64,000 nucleotides of DNA from Takakia lepidozioides. Its lineage: Eukaryota > Plantae > Bryophyta. Shown piece after piece: positions 13,161 through 23,639 of the stretch (positions within the stretch are counted from its first letter, which is position 1; the number at the start of each line of letters is the position of its first letter). The notes under the pieces are model-generated. The model worked only from the letters and a program-made list of their open reading frames with translations, was not told the origin of the DNA and made no database searches. The DNA lies in contig CM060733.1 of the NCBI GenBank assembly GCA_030704615.1, forward strand, positions 59,148,001-59,212,000, in the 5' to 3' direction. A program made the position numbers and the translations under genes.

Positions 13161-13240
13161 GCCAGCCGCTTCCCATAGTAGTCGATGGCCACATCGTACA
13201 CCACATCTTCATGCCCCGATTCTAGGGTTTGAGTCCCTGA
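13158..13240 (-). pseudogene. SEC13: SEC13 N-terminal fragment fused to a PDF exon
   Basis: GTQTLESGHEDVVYDVAIDYYGKRLAT matches the SEC13 first WD40 (GHxDxxHDxxxDYYGKRxAT). Confidence 0.8.
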
Positions 13241-13257
13241 CTGCCCCCTATCTCACC

Positions 13258-13420
13258 AGCTCCGCTCGTCGTCTCTCATGATCAGACTCAACACTAAAAC
13301 AAAACAAATATAGCTCCGCCCTGTTCGACGTTTCTCATGATCAGACCCGACACTATAAGAAAACAAACACAGCTCCGTCCAGTTTATCGTCTCTCACGAT
13401 CAAACTCGACACAAAGAAAA
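13258..13420. repeat. Three tandem ~55-59 bp repeats
   Basis: agctccg...tctcatgatcagactc.acact..aa.aaaacaa starts at 13258, 13312 and 13371. Confidence 0.85.
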
Positions 13421-13959
13421 CAAGATGGCAAGGGAGACTAAAAAAACTCCAAGTCCCCTCTAATCATGACTGAATGGATGAATGTAGCGATAGATGGATG
13501 GATTTTGGGTTTTCCATCAATACATCCATCCATTCATTTGTTTTTCCATTTTTTGGGCATTTTAATTTCATCCATTCATCCAAAATGAATCTTTAAATGA
13601 GTTTCATTGTCAGTTCATCCAATAGCTGCCAGCTCAGTGTTTACATTATCATTCGTTCCTACGTTCATCCAATAGTTGCCAGCAAGGCATTTGTGTATTA
13701 TTCGTTGAGATAATACAGTTGTTTTGTTTCACTAACCTTAACCAATAGTCGATTAGTTTACTGTTAATCTGCTGGGTTAGTGAAACAGTAGTTAAATGTT
13801 TTTACTACTTATTATCCTCATACTTAACACTGCGACCTAGCAACCCTAAATTCCAGCACATTCATCCTAGAATTCATCATAATTCATCCTAGTTCACTCA
13901 TCCTAATTCATCATAATCATTCATTCATCCATTCATCCATTCATTCCTTCATTCACAGG

Positions 13960-14358
13960 GTGTGGCTTAGTGCCCGCGAGCAATGATATGTTGACACGTC
14001 ATCATTTGCGATCACATCTTGCATCTGTTTCATCCATTTATGTTTGCATCGTCCACGTAGATACTCCTTGGGCAATTAGCAATCGCCACGTGCAGTCGTG
14101 AATACTGGCAATCATACATTCCCATGCACACGTCATTATATTGCAGTTTTGGCCATGACTCGTAGTCGTATCTACCATCTTCCCCTATCTGGTCAAATAT
14201 GTTTGACCGCAGATCCTGACGTGGCGGAGGCACAAGGTGGTGTATACGAGTTCTGGTGGTCACAATTGGCAACCAAGACTGCCCCCTTGCATTTTGCAGA
14301 CATATATGCTACGACTGGGCAAATGTGACAGACCTTAAAGCCGGGATCTGTTGTAGTG
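13960..14358 (+). mobile_element. Second CACTA right end
   Basis: ...ccgggatctgttgtagtg has the same 14-bp terminal core as the end at 7716. ACGTG-rich subterminal region. Confidence 0.7.
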
Positions 14359-16049
14359 CACCACTCCCGGTTCTCCACACTACTGAACACAGAGATTGAG
14401 GACATACAAGAGTTGGTGGCTGTCGCGCACCTCCCTTCGGTAAGCTCCCCTTCACGTCATAGTTACTCGCTTTGATGCGCGCGCCTGACTCCCAACTTGG
14501 CCGCCGGGCCAACTTGGAGCTTCGGCTGCTCACCGGGACATAACGGTCCCCCTTCGCTTCCCACTAAACCCTCCACCTATTTGGGACTAGTGGAATTCCC
14601 TTTGGTAGATGGCAGTCCGGAATAGCTCCCCACTCTTTGGTCGCTTTCCGGCTCGCTCGCTTACTCACTAGTTTTTGGTCACCAACGGGCTTGCACCGTT
14701 CTCGGGGTTACTACTCCCTTATATATACTTCTGTAGCTGTCCGTGGGGGTTTCACAACCAGCCATGCCATTTTATGGCGAACCACCACGGAGATCCTCGA
14801 TTCCCGGTGGTGAGTCGCGGTGAGTCTTGGCCCACTCACCGCGGCCCCAATAGACCGTGATGAGTCCCAAGACTCACCATGACTCCCACCTCGAGGTCTC
14901 CACCCCATGGTGAGTCCTATGCCACCCCCACTAAGTCCCGCTAAGCTACCCCCACCCCTTGTGGAGCCACCCCCACCGCAACCCGGTGTGCGGGGCTCCA
15001 CCTAGTGAGTGCCTCCGCCTCCTTGAGTGCCTTGGGCACTCAAGGGTGCTTCAGCCCCCCATACCTATCGCTGCCGCTGCCCCCACTACAGGGGCAGCCC
15101 CTCATGTGTCCCGACCCCCTGCCCTCAAGGCAAAGGGCCGCGACACACACCCCTACCAACAGGGAGTCGATGTCCTCATCGACTTGTCGTTTTGTAGAAA
15201 CGAACATCCAAGTTGTGGCGTCCCACATCAAGGAGTTTGTTTCCGTACCATGGCGTCCCATGGCAAATAACCAAACCCCACACTTGACTCTACTCTCCAC
15301 TAGCTAGTTCGGCCGACTTCCTCCAAGTCCCGGCCAAGGGTGGAGCCTCTCCAGCTCCTCCCAGTGCACTCTTCTTGGCCTACTTCAAGGCCAAGGAACG
15401 ATCCTCCCCGAGGATCAAATCGCCTTACTGCAACAACATTGCTTGCGATCGCTCATGATACCGCTTTTGGCATCATCTTGAGCAAGGGTTCACCTGGAAC
15501 CCTCTTTGACTTAGGACGATAACCTTGAACCAACCGTGCGCCCCAATCACTACAATTGGGTCCGCCTTGGAATGCTGGCCTGAGGTACGGGAACACGCCG
15601 AAGCCGCATTACGACTTTGTCCCGAGGCTACACGATTATAGTACGTGAACGGAAGCACGTAGCTTCCGCGTTAGCCCGCACTACAAGACAACCCCCTCGG
15701 TAGCACAGTTATAGTACGCGCACGCGCCAGGTCCGCACTAGCACGTGAACTCCCAAAGAAGGCGCAAGTTTCCTTGCCCCTTGGATGGGAGTCACCCGAT
15801 TTCGGCACTGCGCAAACACACAATTAATCCAATTTACCTCTCCCGCTTATGTAAGCTAGCATGCCTTCTACACACTAGCCAACCATACCATGCATCATCA
15901 TTCCAAACAAAATAGGAAGCACAACATTTTGAAACATTTCATTTAACGCAAATTTTGTACAATACAAGTTTTTGCAATTGGATTCCTGAGCTAGCTAAGC
16001 CGGGCTAAGCATGCATTTCCTCCCCCACGCTCCAAGGTTGATGTCCCCA

Positions 16050-19000
16050 TCAACGCTTCTTCCGCTTTTGAGGTCGCCCTTCGAAAGCTGCAACCGCCTC
16101 GGATGCGTTTCCCATTTCTGAGGCACGCACCCAAGATGCCTCCACATGATGATAGCCCTTCCATTTGACGAGATACTCCGTTTCTCGGTTCTTGAACCTC
16201 CTCGACTTAAGTATTGCCTCCACCTCGTACTCAGGTTCATTTTCATGATCCAACAGCATAGGTGGCGGACGCAACACTTGATGTCGATTCGGACGCGCTT
16301 CATCTTTGAAGTAAGGCTTCAAAAAAAAGACATGGAATACTGGGTGCACCTTGCTGTTTGCCGGCAGCTCCAATTCATACACATCCTCATTCATAACCTT
16401 CCGAATGCGAAAGGGTCCCACATACGGAGGTACGAACTTCGGACTCACTTCCGGAGGTAGTCGGAAATTCTTGATGTTCAACCAGACCTCTGTGCCTGCC
16501 TCAAACTTCACTTCCCTCCGCTTCCGATTCGTCTGCCTTTCATACCGTTTCCTAGCTTTGGCAATGTTGTACTTTGCGAGCTTCAACAAACGCTCGCGTT
16601 CTTCCAGTACCGCCGCTACTGCCGGTTCCTCAACGTCCTGGGCGGCCCAACTTGTCGGCACCAAAGGTGCTTTTCCATAGACCAATACGAAAGGGGAAAC
16701 TCCCGTTGCGGAGTGTTTTGTGTTATTATAACAGAACTCTGCCGCGTCTAAGTGTTCCATCCAGTCTGATTGATCTGCCGACACGTAATTCCGCAAGAAT
16801 TGCTTCACCACGGAATTCACTCTTTCCGTTTGGCCGTCCGTCGTAGGTCGGAAGGCGGTGCTCATCTTCAGCCTCGTCCCCATCTTCTTCCAAAGTGTCC
16901 TCCAAAATTTACTCGTAAACTTTGGGTCGCGATCCGAGACAATATCCTTCGGGACTCCATGATGCTTTAAGACGTGGGCGAAGTAAAGTCGCCCTGTCTC
17001 CTGCGCCGTTGTTGTCTCCTTGGTGGGGATGAAATGGCTTATTTTACTGAACCTATCCACCACCACCATGATTGCATTGAATCCTTTTGACAGCGGCATA
17101 GCAGTCATGAAATCCATCGAGACGCTTTCCCAAGTCCCCTCTGGAATCGGCAAGGGTTGTAACAGCCCCGCTTGCTTTTTGTACTCGCTCCGGTTTTGTT
17201 GGCATGTGGTGTATGTCTTGACATACTCCTCTGCCTCCTCCCTCAGTTTGGGCCAGAAATACTCTTTCTTCAAGAGTGCCGCAGTGCGCTTGGCTCCGCC
17301 GTGGCCCGCAAGCGGGCTATCATGGCATTCTCTCAAGAGGCTATCTCTGATCCCTCCCTTTGGCACGTAGAGACGTTTTTGCTTATACCGGAGCAGTCCA
17401 TTTTGCAAGTGGAACTGCGATTTAACCCCCATCCTCAAGTCCTGCATCACGGACTTCGCCAGCTCATCCTTCCGGTAAGCCTTCCGGATCTTCCTTTGGA
17501 GCGCCGTCTCGCCCTTGTACACCAACAAGAGCTGCTGCTTTCTACTTAAAGCATCGGCCACCACGTTGTCTCGTCCCGGTTTGTACTGGATATCCACGTC
17601 GAACACCACCAAAGTATCTTGCCACCTAAGTTGTTTTGGGGACAACTTGGGCTGCGTGGCAAAATACTTCACCGTGACATTGTCCGTGAACACCTTCACT
17701 GGGTTGGAACCAACATAGTGGCGCCAAAGCTCAAGACACTGCACCACCGCCTTCATCTCTTTTTCGTGCGTCGGCCACCGTCGCTCCACTTCATTCAGTT
17801 TCTTACTTTCGTAAGCCACTGGACGTTCATCTTGCATAAGTACACCCCCAATCGCGAAGTCCGACGCATCTGTATGAATCTCAAATGGACGATCGAACTC
17901 CGGGATTTTCAAGACTGGAGCTTCCGCCATCCGCTGCTTCAATTCAGCAAAAGCTTGGCCACAAAATGTATTCCATACCCAGACTTTGGATTTACACAGA
18001 AGGTCCGACAGCGGCCCCGCGATCTTGGCGAAATTTCTCACATACTTCCGGTAATAGGAGGCGAGTCCTAGGAAGGATCGCACTCCCGGGACCGAAGTCG
18101 GAGGCTCCCAGTCCAAGATCGCCCTCACCTTTCTGTCATCCATTTTGATCCCATCTTGTGTAATCACATGCCCCAAGAACTCCACTTTCGTGACCCCGAA
18201 TTCGCATTTTGAAGCTTTGGCGTACAGCTTCCCTTCCCGCAACTTTTGGAACACCCTTTTGAGGTGCTCCAGGTGTTCCTCCTTTGTTTTCGAGTACACC
18301 AAGATGTCGTCGATGTACACGATCACAAAGTCATCCAACCACTCCTGAAAAAGGCTGTTCATCAGCGTGCTAAAGGTCGCCGGTGCATTAGTGAGCCCAA
18401 AAGGCATCACCAAGAACTTATATGAACCATACCTTGTCCTGCACGCGGTCTTCTCCTCATCTCCTTCCGCCACCCGAATTTGATGATAGCCGGAGCGCAA
18501 GTCGATCCGGCTGAAATACTTCGCTCCTGCCAACCGGTCGAAAAGGTCGTCGATCCTTGGCAAAGGGTACCGGTTTTTAATAGTCACCTTATTCAAAGCC
18601 CTGTAATCGACTCACATCCGCAGCGTCCCATCCTTCTTGTCTGCGAATAGCACCGGGGCTCTGTAAGGTGAGTTACTCGGCCGGATGTACCCCTTTGACA
18701 TTAGATCCTTGAGCTGAGTCTTCAGCTCGACCAACTCTTTGTGGCTCAACCGGTAGGGCGCCTTGGCAGGCGGTTCCGATCCCGGTATCACCTCAATCTT
18801 GTGGTCAACTCCTCTTCGCGATGGCAAGCTGCTTGGTAAATCCTCCGGCATCACATCCTGGTATTTCTCCAAGATCCCCTTGATCCAATCTGGGCTCGGC
18901 TCCCCATCGCCTTCTCCCTTCACTTCTCTAATGTAAAGCAAAAACTGGGGCTCGTGTGCCTCCTCCACGGCCCATTCCCTTGCTGACAGAAGGTTTATTC

Positions 19001-19139
19001 GCCCTCCCACGGATTTGGGCGTTTCCGACACTCGTAAAACCTCGCCATCATTCCCACATGGCAGCGTGACTACTCTCTTGAGGCCATCTATGACCGCTCC
19101 GGATTTGCTCAAAAAGGTCATCCCCAAAATGAGATCCAC
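16050..19139 (-). CDS. Pol (RT, RNase H, integrase, chromodomain); in-frame stop at 18612
   Basis: [46 protein letters not shown], and chromodomain YEVEAIL...YLVKWKGY. Confidence 0.95.
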
Positions 19140-20563
19140 TCCATCGATCTCGCAGATGGTGAAGTTCTCACGTCCCTCTGTGGTTCTCCTTTGGCAGAAC
19201 GCACCTCAATAAAGGCCCCCACGTCACTTGTCGGGAGTCCCAACTTTCGCGCCGCCGCCGGTGTCATGAAGGAGTGCGACGCTCTTGTGTCCACCAACAA
19301 CGACACGTTAGTTCCGGATATTATCCCATCCACGAACAATAACTGACTCCCTTTACGCAGGGCGCCAGTTTCCTGATACAACTCACAAGAATAGTTGCCT
19401 ACCTTGCAAGTCCTGGCGACCACCGCTTCCACCAAGCGCCTGATGGTATCTTCCGACAGCTCCGTGGTTGCCCGAGTCATGTTCAATTGTCGAGGTTTTG
19501 TGTACTTCTTGGCCATGTGCCCGGGCTCCCCGCAATTGAAACACACTCCATCAAAGGTTGCCTTCTGTCCGCCATAAGCCGCTCCACCCGCTTTTCCTTT
19601 CGAAGCACCGGGTGCCGCCTTGACGTGTGAAGGCCCTCCCTTCGATTTCCACGTGCTGTTGTCACCGCGTGGCCTATCCCACTTCTTTTCCGGTCGGAAG
19701 GAGTCACCTTCCCGCTGGGTCTTCTTGTGGTTCAGCTCCGTACGGCCTTGTCTCTCACCCCTAGGGACATCCGAGAAACATTCAGCCCTCTCAATTGCCT
19801 CGTTCAAAGTCTTGGGTGGCTTCTCCTCCAACTTCCGCCTGGCCCGTGGGGCCAGTCCCGCCACAAAGTTGAAGACCATTTCTGGTTCTGCCATGTCCGC
19901 GACTTCGAGCAACAGCACATTGAAAGCCTGGACATACCCCCGAATGTCATCTATTTGCTTCAAATTCCTCATCTTGTCCCGGGCAAGCCAGGATGCGTTG
20001 AGGGGCACAAACTGTCTCTTCATCAATTCCTTGAACTCACTCCAGTTCAAGGTTTCCGGGCTTGGGCCTCGGTCGTGAAGGTGTTTCTGCCACCATTGTT
20101 GAGCATAGCCCCTCAAATAGGTGGGAGCCACTTCTACCCGATCCTCGTCACTCAACTTAGCCGCCCGAAAGTACTGCTCTAGCTCCAGGAGCCAGGTGTT
20201 GAGTGCCTTCCGATTTCGGACGCCCTCGAAGGTGCCGGGTTCCTTAGGCTTCACCTTAAACTTTGCCTTAGTGGAAGTGGCATTAGCCGCCTTCAACACG
20301 TCTTTCAACGTCCCGCCAAACTGCGCCAACAACCCTTCCCAAAAGGCTGCCGGCATGGGAGGCATCTCTTGGTTTGTCGGAGCTCTCAAGGATTCCTCGG
20401 GCTCCGACTCCTCGGATTCCTCCCGCTCTTGAGCGGCCTCGTTTTCGGAAACATGCATCGTTTCCTCAAACGGCTGCCTCGGTGACACGTCGCCCCCATC
20501 GGGCTCACCAGGATCATCATCTTTTGGGCCGTTCCGCTTTCGCTTCGGCTTGCCCGACCCCAT
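19118..20563 (-). CDS. Gag (zinc knuckle) and protease N-terminus of the chromovirus; frameshifting deletion near 19170
   Basis: KPKEPGTFEG capsid text, CFNCGEPGHMAKKY knuckle (last Cys lost), LVDTRASHSF protease site (DTG mutated). The likely start is ATG 20563. Confidence 0.88.
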   Translation of the reverse strand: MGSGKPKRKRNGPKDDDPGEPDGGDVSPRQPFEETMHVSENEAAQEREESEESEPEESLRAPTNQEMPPMPAAFWEGLLAQFGGTLKDVLKAANATSTKAKFKVKPKEPGTFEGVRNRKALNTWLLELEQYFRAAKLSDEDRVEVAPTYLRGYAQQWWQKHLHDRGPSPETLNWSEFKELMKRQFVPLNASWLARDKMRNLKQIDDIRGYVQAFNVLLLEVADMAEPEMVFNFVAGLAPRARRKLEEKPPKTLNEAIERAECFSDVPRGERQGRTELNHKKTQREGDSFRPEKKWDRPRGDNSTWKSKGGPSHVKAAPGASKGKAGGAAYGGQKATFDGVCFNCGEPGHMAKKYTKPRQLNMTRATTELSEDTIRRLVEAVVARTCKVGNYSCELYQETGALRKGSQLLFVDGIISGTNVSLLVDTRASHSFMTPAAARKLGLPTSDVGAFIEVRSAKGEPQRDVRTSPSARSMEWISFWG

Positions 20564-21348
20564 TATGAGGCCAATCCCAAGGACGATCGCGTACTGAACT
20601 CTAAGCTCTGATACCAAATGTCGCGCACCTCCCTTCGGTAAGCTCCCCTTCACGTCATAGTTACTCGCTTTGATGCGCGCGCCTGACTCCCAACCTGGCC
20701 GCCGGGCCAACTTGGAGCTTCGGCTGCTCACCGGGACATAACGGTCCCCCTTCGCTTCCCACTAAACCCTCCACCTATTTGGGACTAGTGGAATTCTCTT
20801 TGGTAGATGGCAGTCCGGAACAGCTCCCCACTCTTTGGTCGCTTTCCGGCTCACTCGCTTACTCATTAGTTTTTGGTTACCAACGGGCTTGCACCGTTCT
20901 CGGGGTTACTACTCCCTTATATATACTTCTGTAGCTGTCCGCGGGGGTTTCACAACTAGCCATGCCATTTTATGGCGAACCACCACGGAGATCCTCGATT
21001 CCCGGTGGTGAGTCGCGGTGAGTCTTGGCCCACTCACCGCGGCCCCAATGGACCGTGATGAGTCCCAAGACTCCCCACGACTCCCACCTCGAGGTCTCCA
21101 CCCCATGGTGAGTCCTATGCCACCCCCACTAAGTCCCGCTAAGCTACCCCCACCCCTTGTGGAGCCACCCCCACCGCAACCCGGTGTGCGGGGCTCCACC
21201 TAGTGAGTGCCTCCGCCTCCTTGAGTGCCTTGGGCACTCAAGGGTGCTTCAGCCCCCCATACCTATCGCTGCCGCTGCCCCCACTACAGGGGCAGCCCCT
21301 CATGTGTCCCGACCCCCTGCCCTCAAGGTAAAGGGCCGCGACAGTGGC

Positions 21349-22983
21349 CATGACAGAGAAGGAAATTGAGGCTGCAAACAAAGAAGATCCGAAACTACAT
21401 TGGTGTACATGATACTGAACTGGAGAAGGTCAAGGTGTTGCGAGCTCAGATGCGGGATAGACAATCGCTGATGGAGCGTGAGAATGTTGCTTTCAACTCC
21501 AAAAAGTCGGAGCTCCATACTCGAGAATCCGCCCAGAGAGACACAGGCATGTGGCTGGAGCAATGCCAAAGTGTTTTGCAGGAGGCGCTAAGGCACCATG
21601 ATTCTAATTTTGGAAAAATTGTGGACTTAAAGGTGCAGGCGGAGACGATTCGGAAAAGCTTGCACTCCCAAACTGAATGTGTTGCCCAACTACAAAGCGA
21701 ATTTGCAGAGGCAATGGTCTTGCAACGTTTTCACCTTAAGCATGTGCAGGAGATCGAGGGAAGTTATAAAGATGCCTCTAGTCTTCTCGAAGACCAACAA
21801 AATCGAATTTCGAAGGCAACACATGTCAAGGAGGTTTGCAAGAAGAAGAAGCAATGTTTGTGTGGTACTTTCCAGGAGAACCTTTCCCTTACGCATTCAT
21901 CATTTTTGTTGATGCCCTCGAATGTCTGTGTATCCGAATTCCATTTAGGCAGTGACAGTAACGCTGACATCATTCTTGCCGTGGAAAGTACAATTTGTTG
22001 CTCTGCCATTGGAATTAATGTTGTATTGTGAAATATACTTCACAAAATTTGTGTGAATGAGGTCATCCCTGCTCAGTGCAATGTGAAAGGGGAAAGAAGT
22101 CTGTGATCCCAAACATGATATGGAAACAAGTTTGTACCAACATTTTTGGGCTCTCACTTGGAACTCATACAACAAACTCTGATTGCTCATACGGTACCAA
22201 TGTGTACGCATACAGGGATTGCCTCTAATTTGTCAGGTAGATTCTCATAAAAGTATGGTCGTAGTTTTGTGTGACTCTGACTTTCATTCTCTGTCCGCAC
22301 TCAAGAACTCCATCTCAAAGCAGCAACCTTTGCCATAGACTGGTGATCCGACACACTTGAAATAGAGAGCATGCCCTTCAGGAAACTGAAGATATACTAT
22401 ATACACTGCAATAAGATCATTTTTCTAGGCAATAGTGAGGTAGTGACATATGGTCTGTACACTTTTGTCAGCTCCTTGTATTCAGGTTGTAACAGTGGAT
22501 GTTTGTGTGAACTGAGACTAAGCATTGTTGGGGTGTGGCTGAGCAAATTCAGAAGATGAAGGATGGGACACATGTAAAGACTGTGCCCATGCCCATCCTT
22601 CATCCACCATGCTAGACAACGCCACAACCCACCATTGCATTGAACGCATGACCTGTTTGCGAAGGATGCTATGGTATCCTTACTGGGATGTGGTGGCCCT
22701 GTCCTGCAGATGCACATATCACCCCTATTGTCTTGGAATGCATCTACAGGGCTCAAACAAGTGTGCCCGTGTTTCATGTGGGCAACTCCTCCATCCTGAA
22801 TGGTGGAAATCGTTTGGGTATGGCCCCATGCATCCTGAAGTGAAGGCCAGCCCTGCTGCTGTTCAAGTGCCTGCAGAACGACGAAGGTGGATGCAAATGA
22901 GGAAGGCCCGACAGGAACTGAAATGTATTTTCCTTCTTGTGTGTTTTAGTGCATGCAAAGGGTTTTCCATTTATTTACCATAA
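21349..22983 (+). pseudogene. Coiled-coil plus RING-like ORF remnant, probably a DNA-transposon accessory gene; also 14359-14420 left of the LTR element
   Basis: The frame continues across the TSD (LLNTEIEDIQELVA|MTEKEIEAA). Coiled coil at 21366-21850. SCRCTYHPYCL...C..VSC...HPEWW RING-like text at 22640-22820. Confidence 0.5.
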
Positions 22984-23639
22984 TGTTGGCAATGAACTTC
23001 AGGTGTTTGCAGGGTCCAGGGATGACTGTTCACTTCAGGTGAGATTTACATATGAGTTATGGCAAGTCATGCTGCTCATTTTCCAGATTGCTAGCAATGA
23101 ACATTAGGCGTATGCAAGGTCAGCTATGACAGTAGTCGATTTTTTTTGACATATGAACTTCAATTGTTTCCAAGGACATCGATGAGAGTAGTCCAGTTCT
23201 TTTCTGCCCTATGAAATATGGCAAGTCATGCTGCTCCCTTTCCATTATCCTTCATTTCCTTTACTGTAGGGTCTTTTCCAGCTGTCATGGTGTCAGTGTG
23301 GAATTCTAACTCCTTTCCAGTTCACGAACTCATTACAGATCCTCAGGTACTACAAGTCTGGCATCTCATTTCTTGTCATGAGTGTTGCTTAGGGTTGTTT
23401 TCCGTCATGCTGTATCATTGTTTGCAATTTCATGTTCCTTCAGGTCATGTAAGGGATTGGGTTCATCGTATCATGGGTGTCATAGAATTTGTCATGGTAT
23501 AATATGTCATTGAATATCATGCTTGATGTAGGGCACTCCTTTCAGGTCATAATGTCATTCCCTTCCATTTCATGATGTCATTTTCATAGATCTTATTTCC
23601 TTCATTTCATTAACATGGCATGGTGTTTAGGCTTCATTA

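Larger units (their letters stand above)
14421..21343 (-). mobile_element. Full-length Ty3/gypsy chromovirus (Galadriel-like), coding-defective
   Basis: 725-bp LTRs at 14421-15145 and 20619-21343 (TG...CA; 12 substitutions counted by eye). TSD GTGGC on both sides. tRNA-iMet PBS TGGTATCAGAGC at 20605-20616. Order gag-PR-RT-RH-IN-chromodomain. Confidence 0.97.

Noticed and set aside
15585-15700. Ribozyme (retrozyme hammerhead) in the LTR element 3' UTR
   Set aside because: Hairpins are present but no CUGAUGA/GAAA catalytic core was found.
20564-20731. N-terminal extension of the 537-aa gag ORF
   Set aside because: It starts at a non-ATG codon inside the LTR and crosses the PBS; ATG 20563 is the plausible start.
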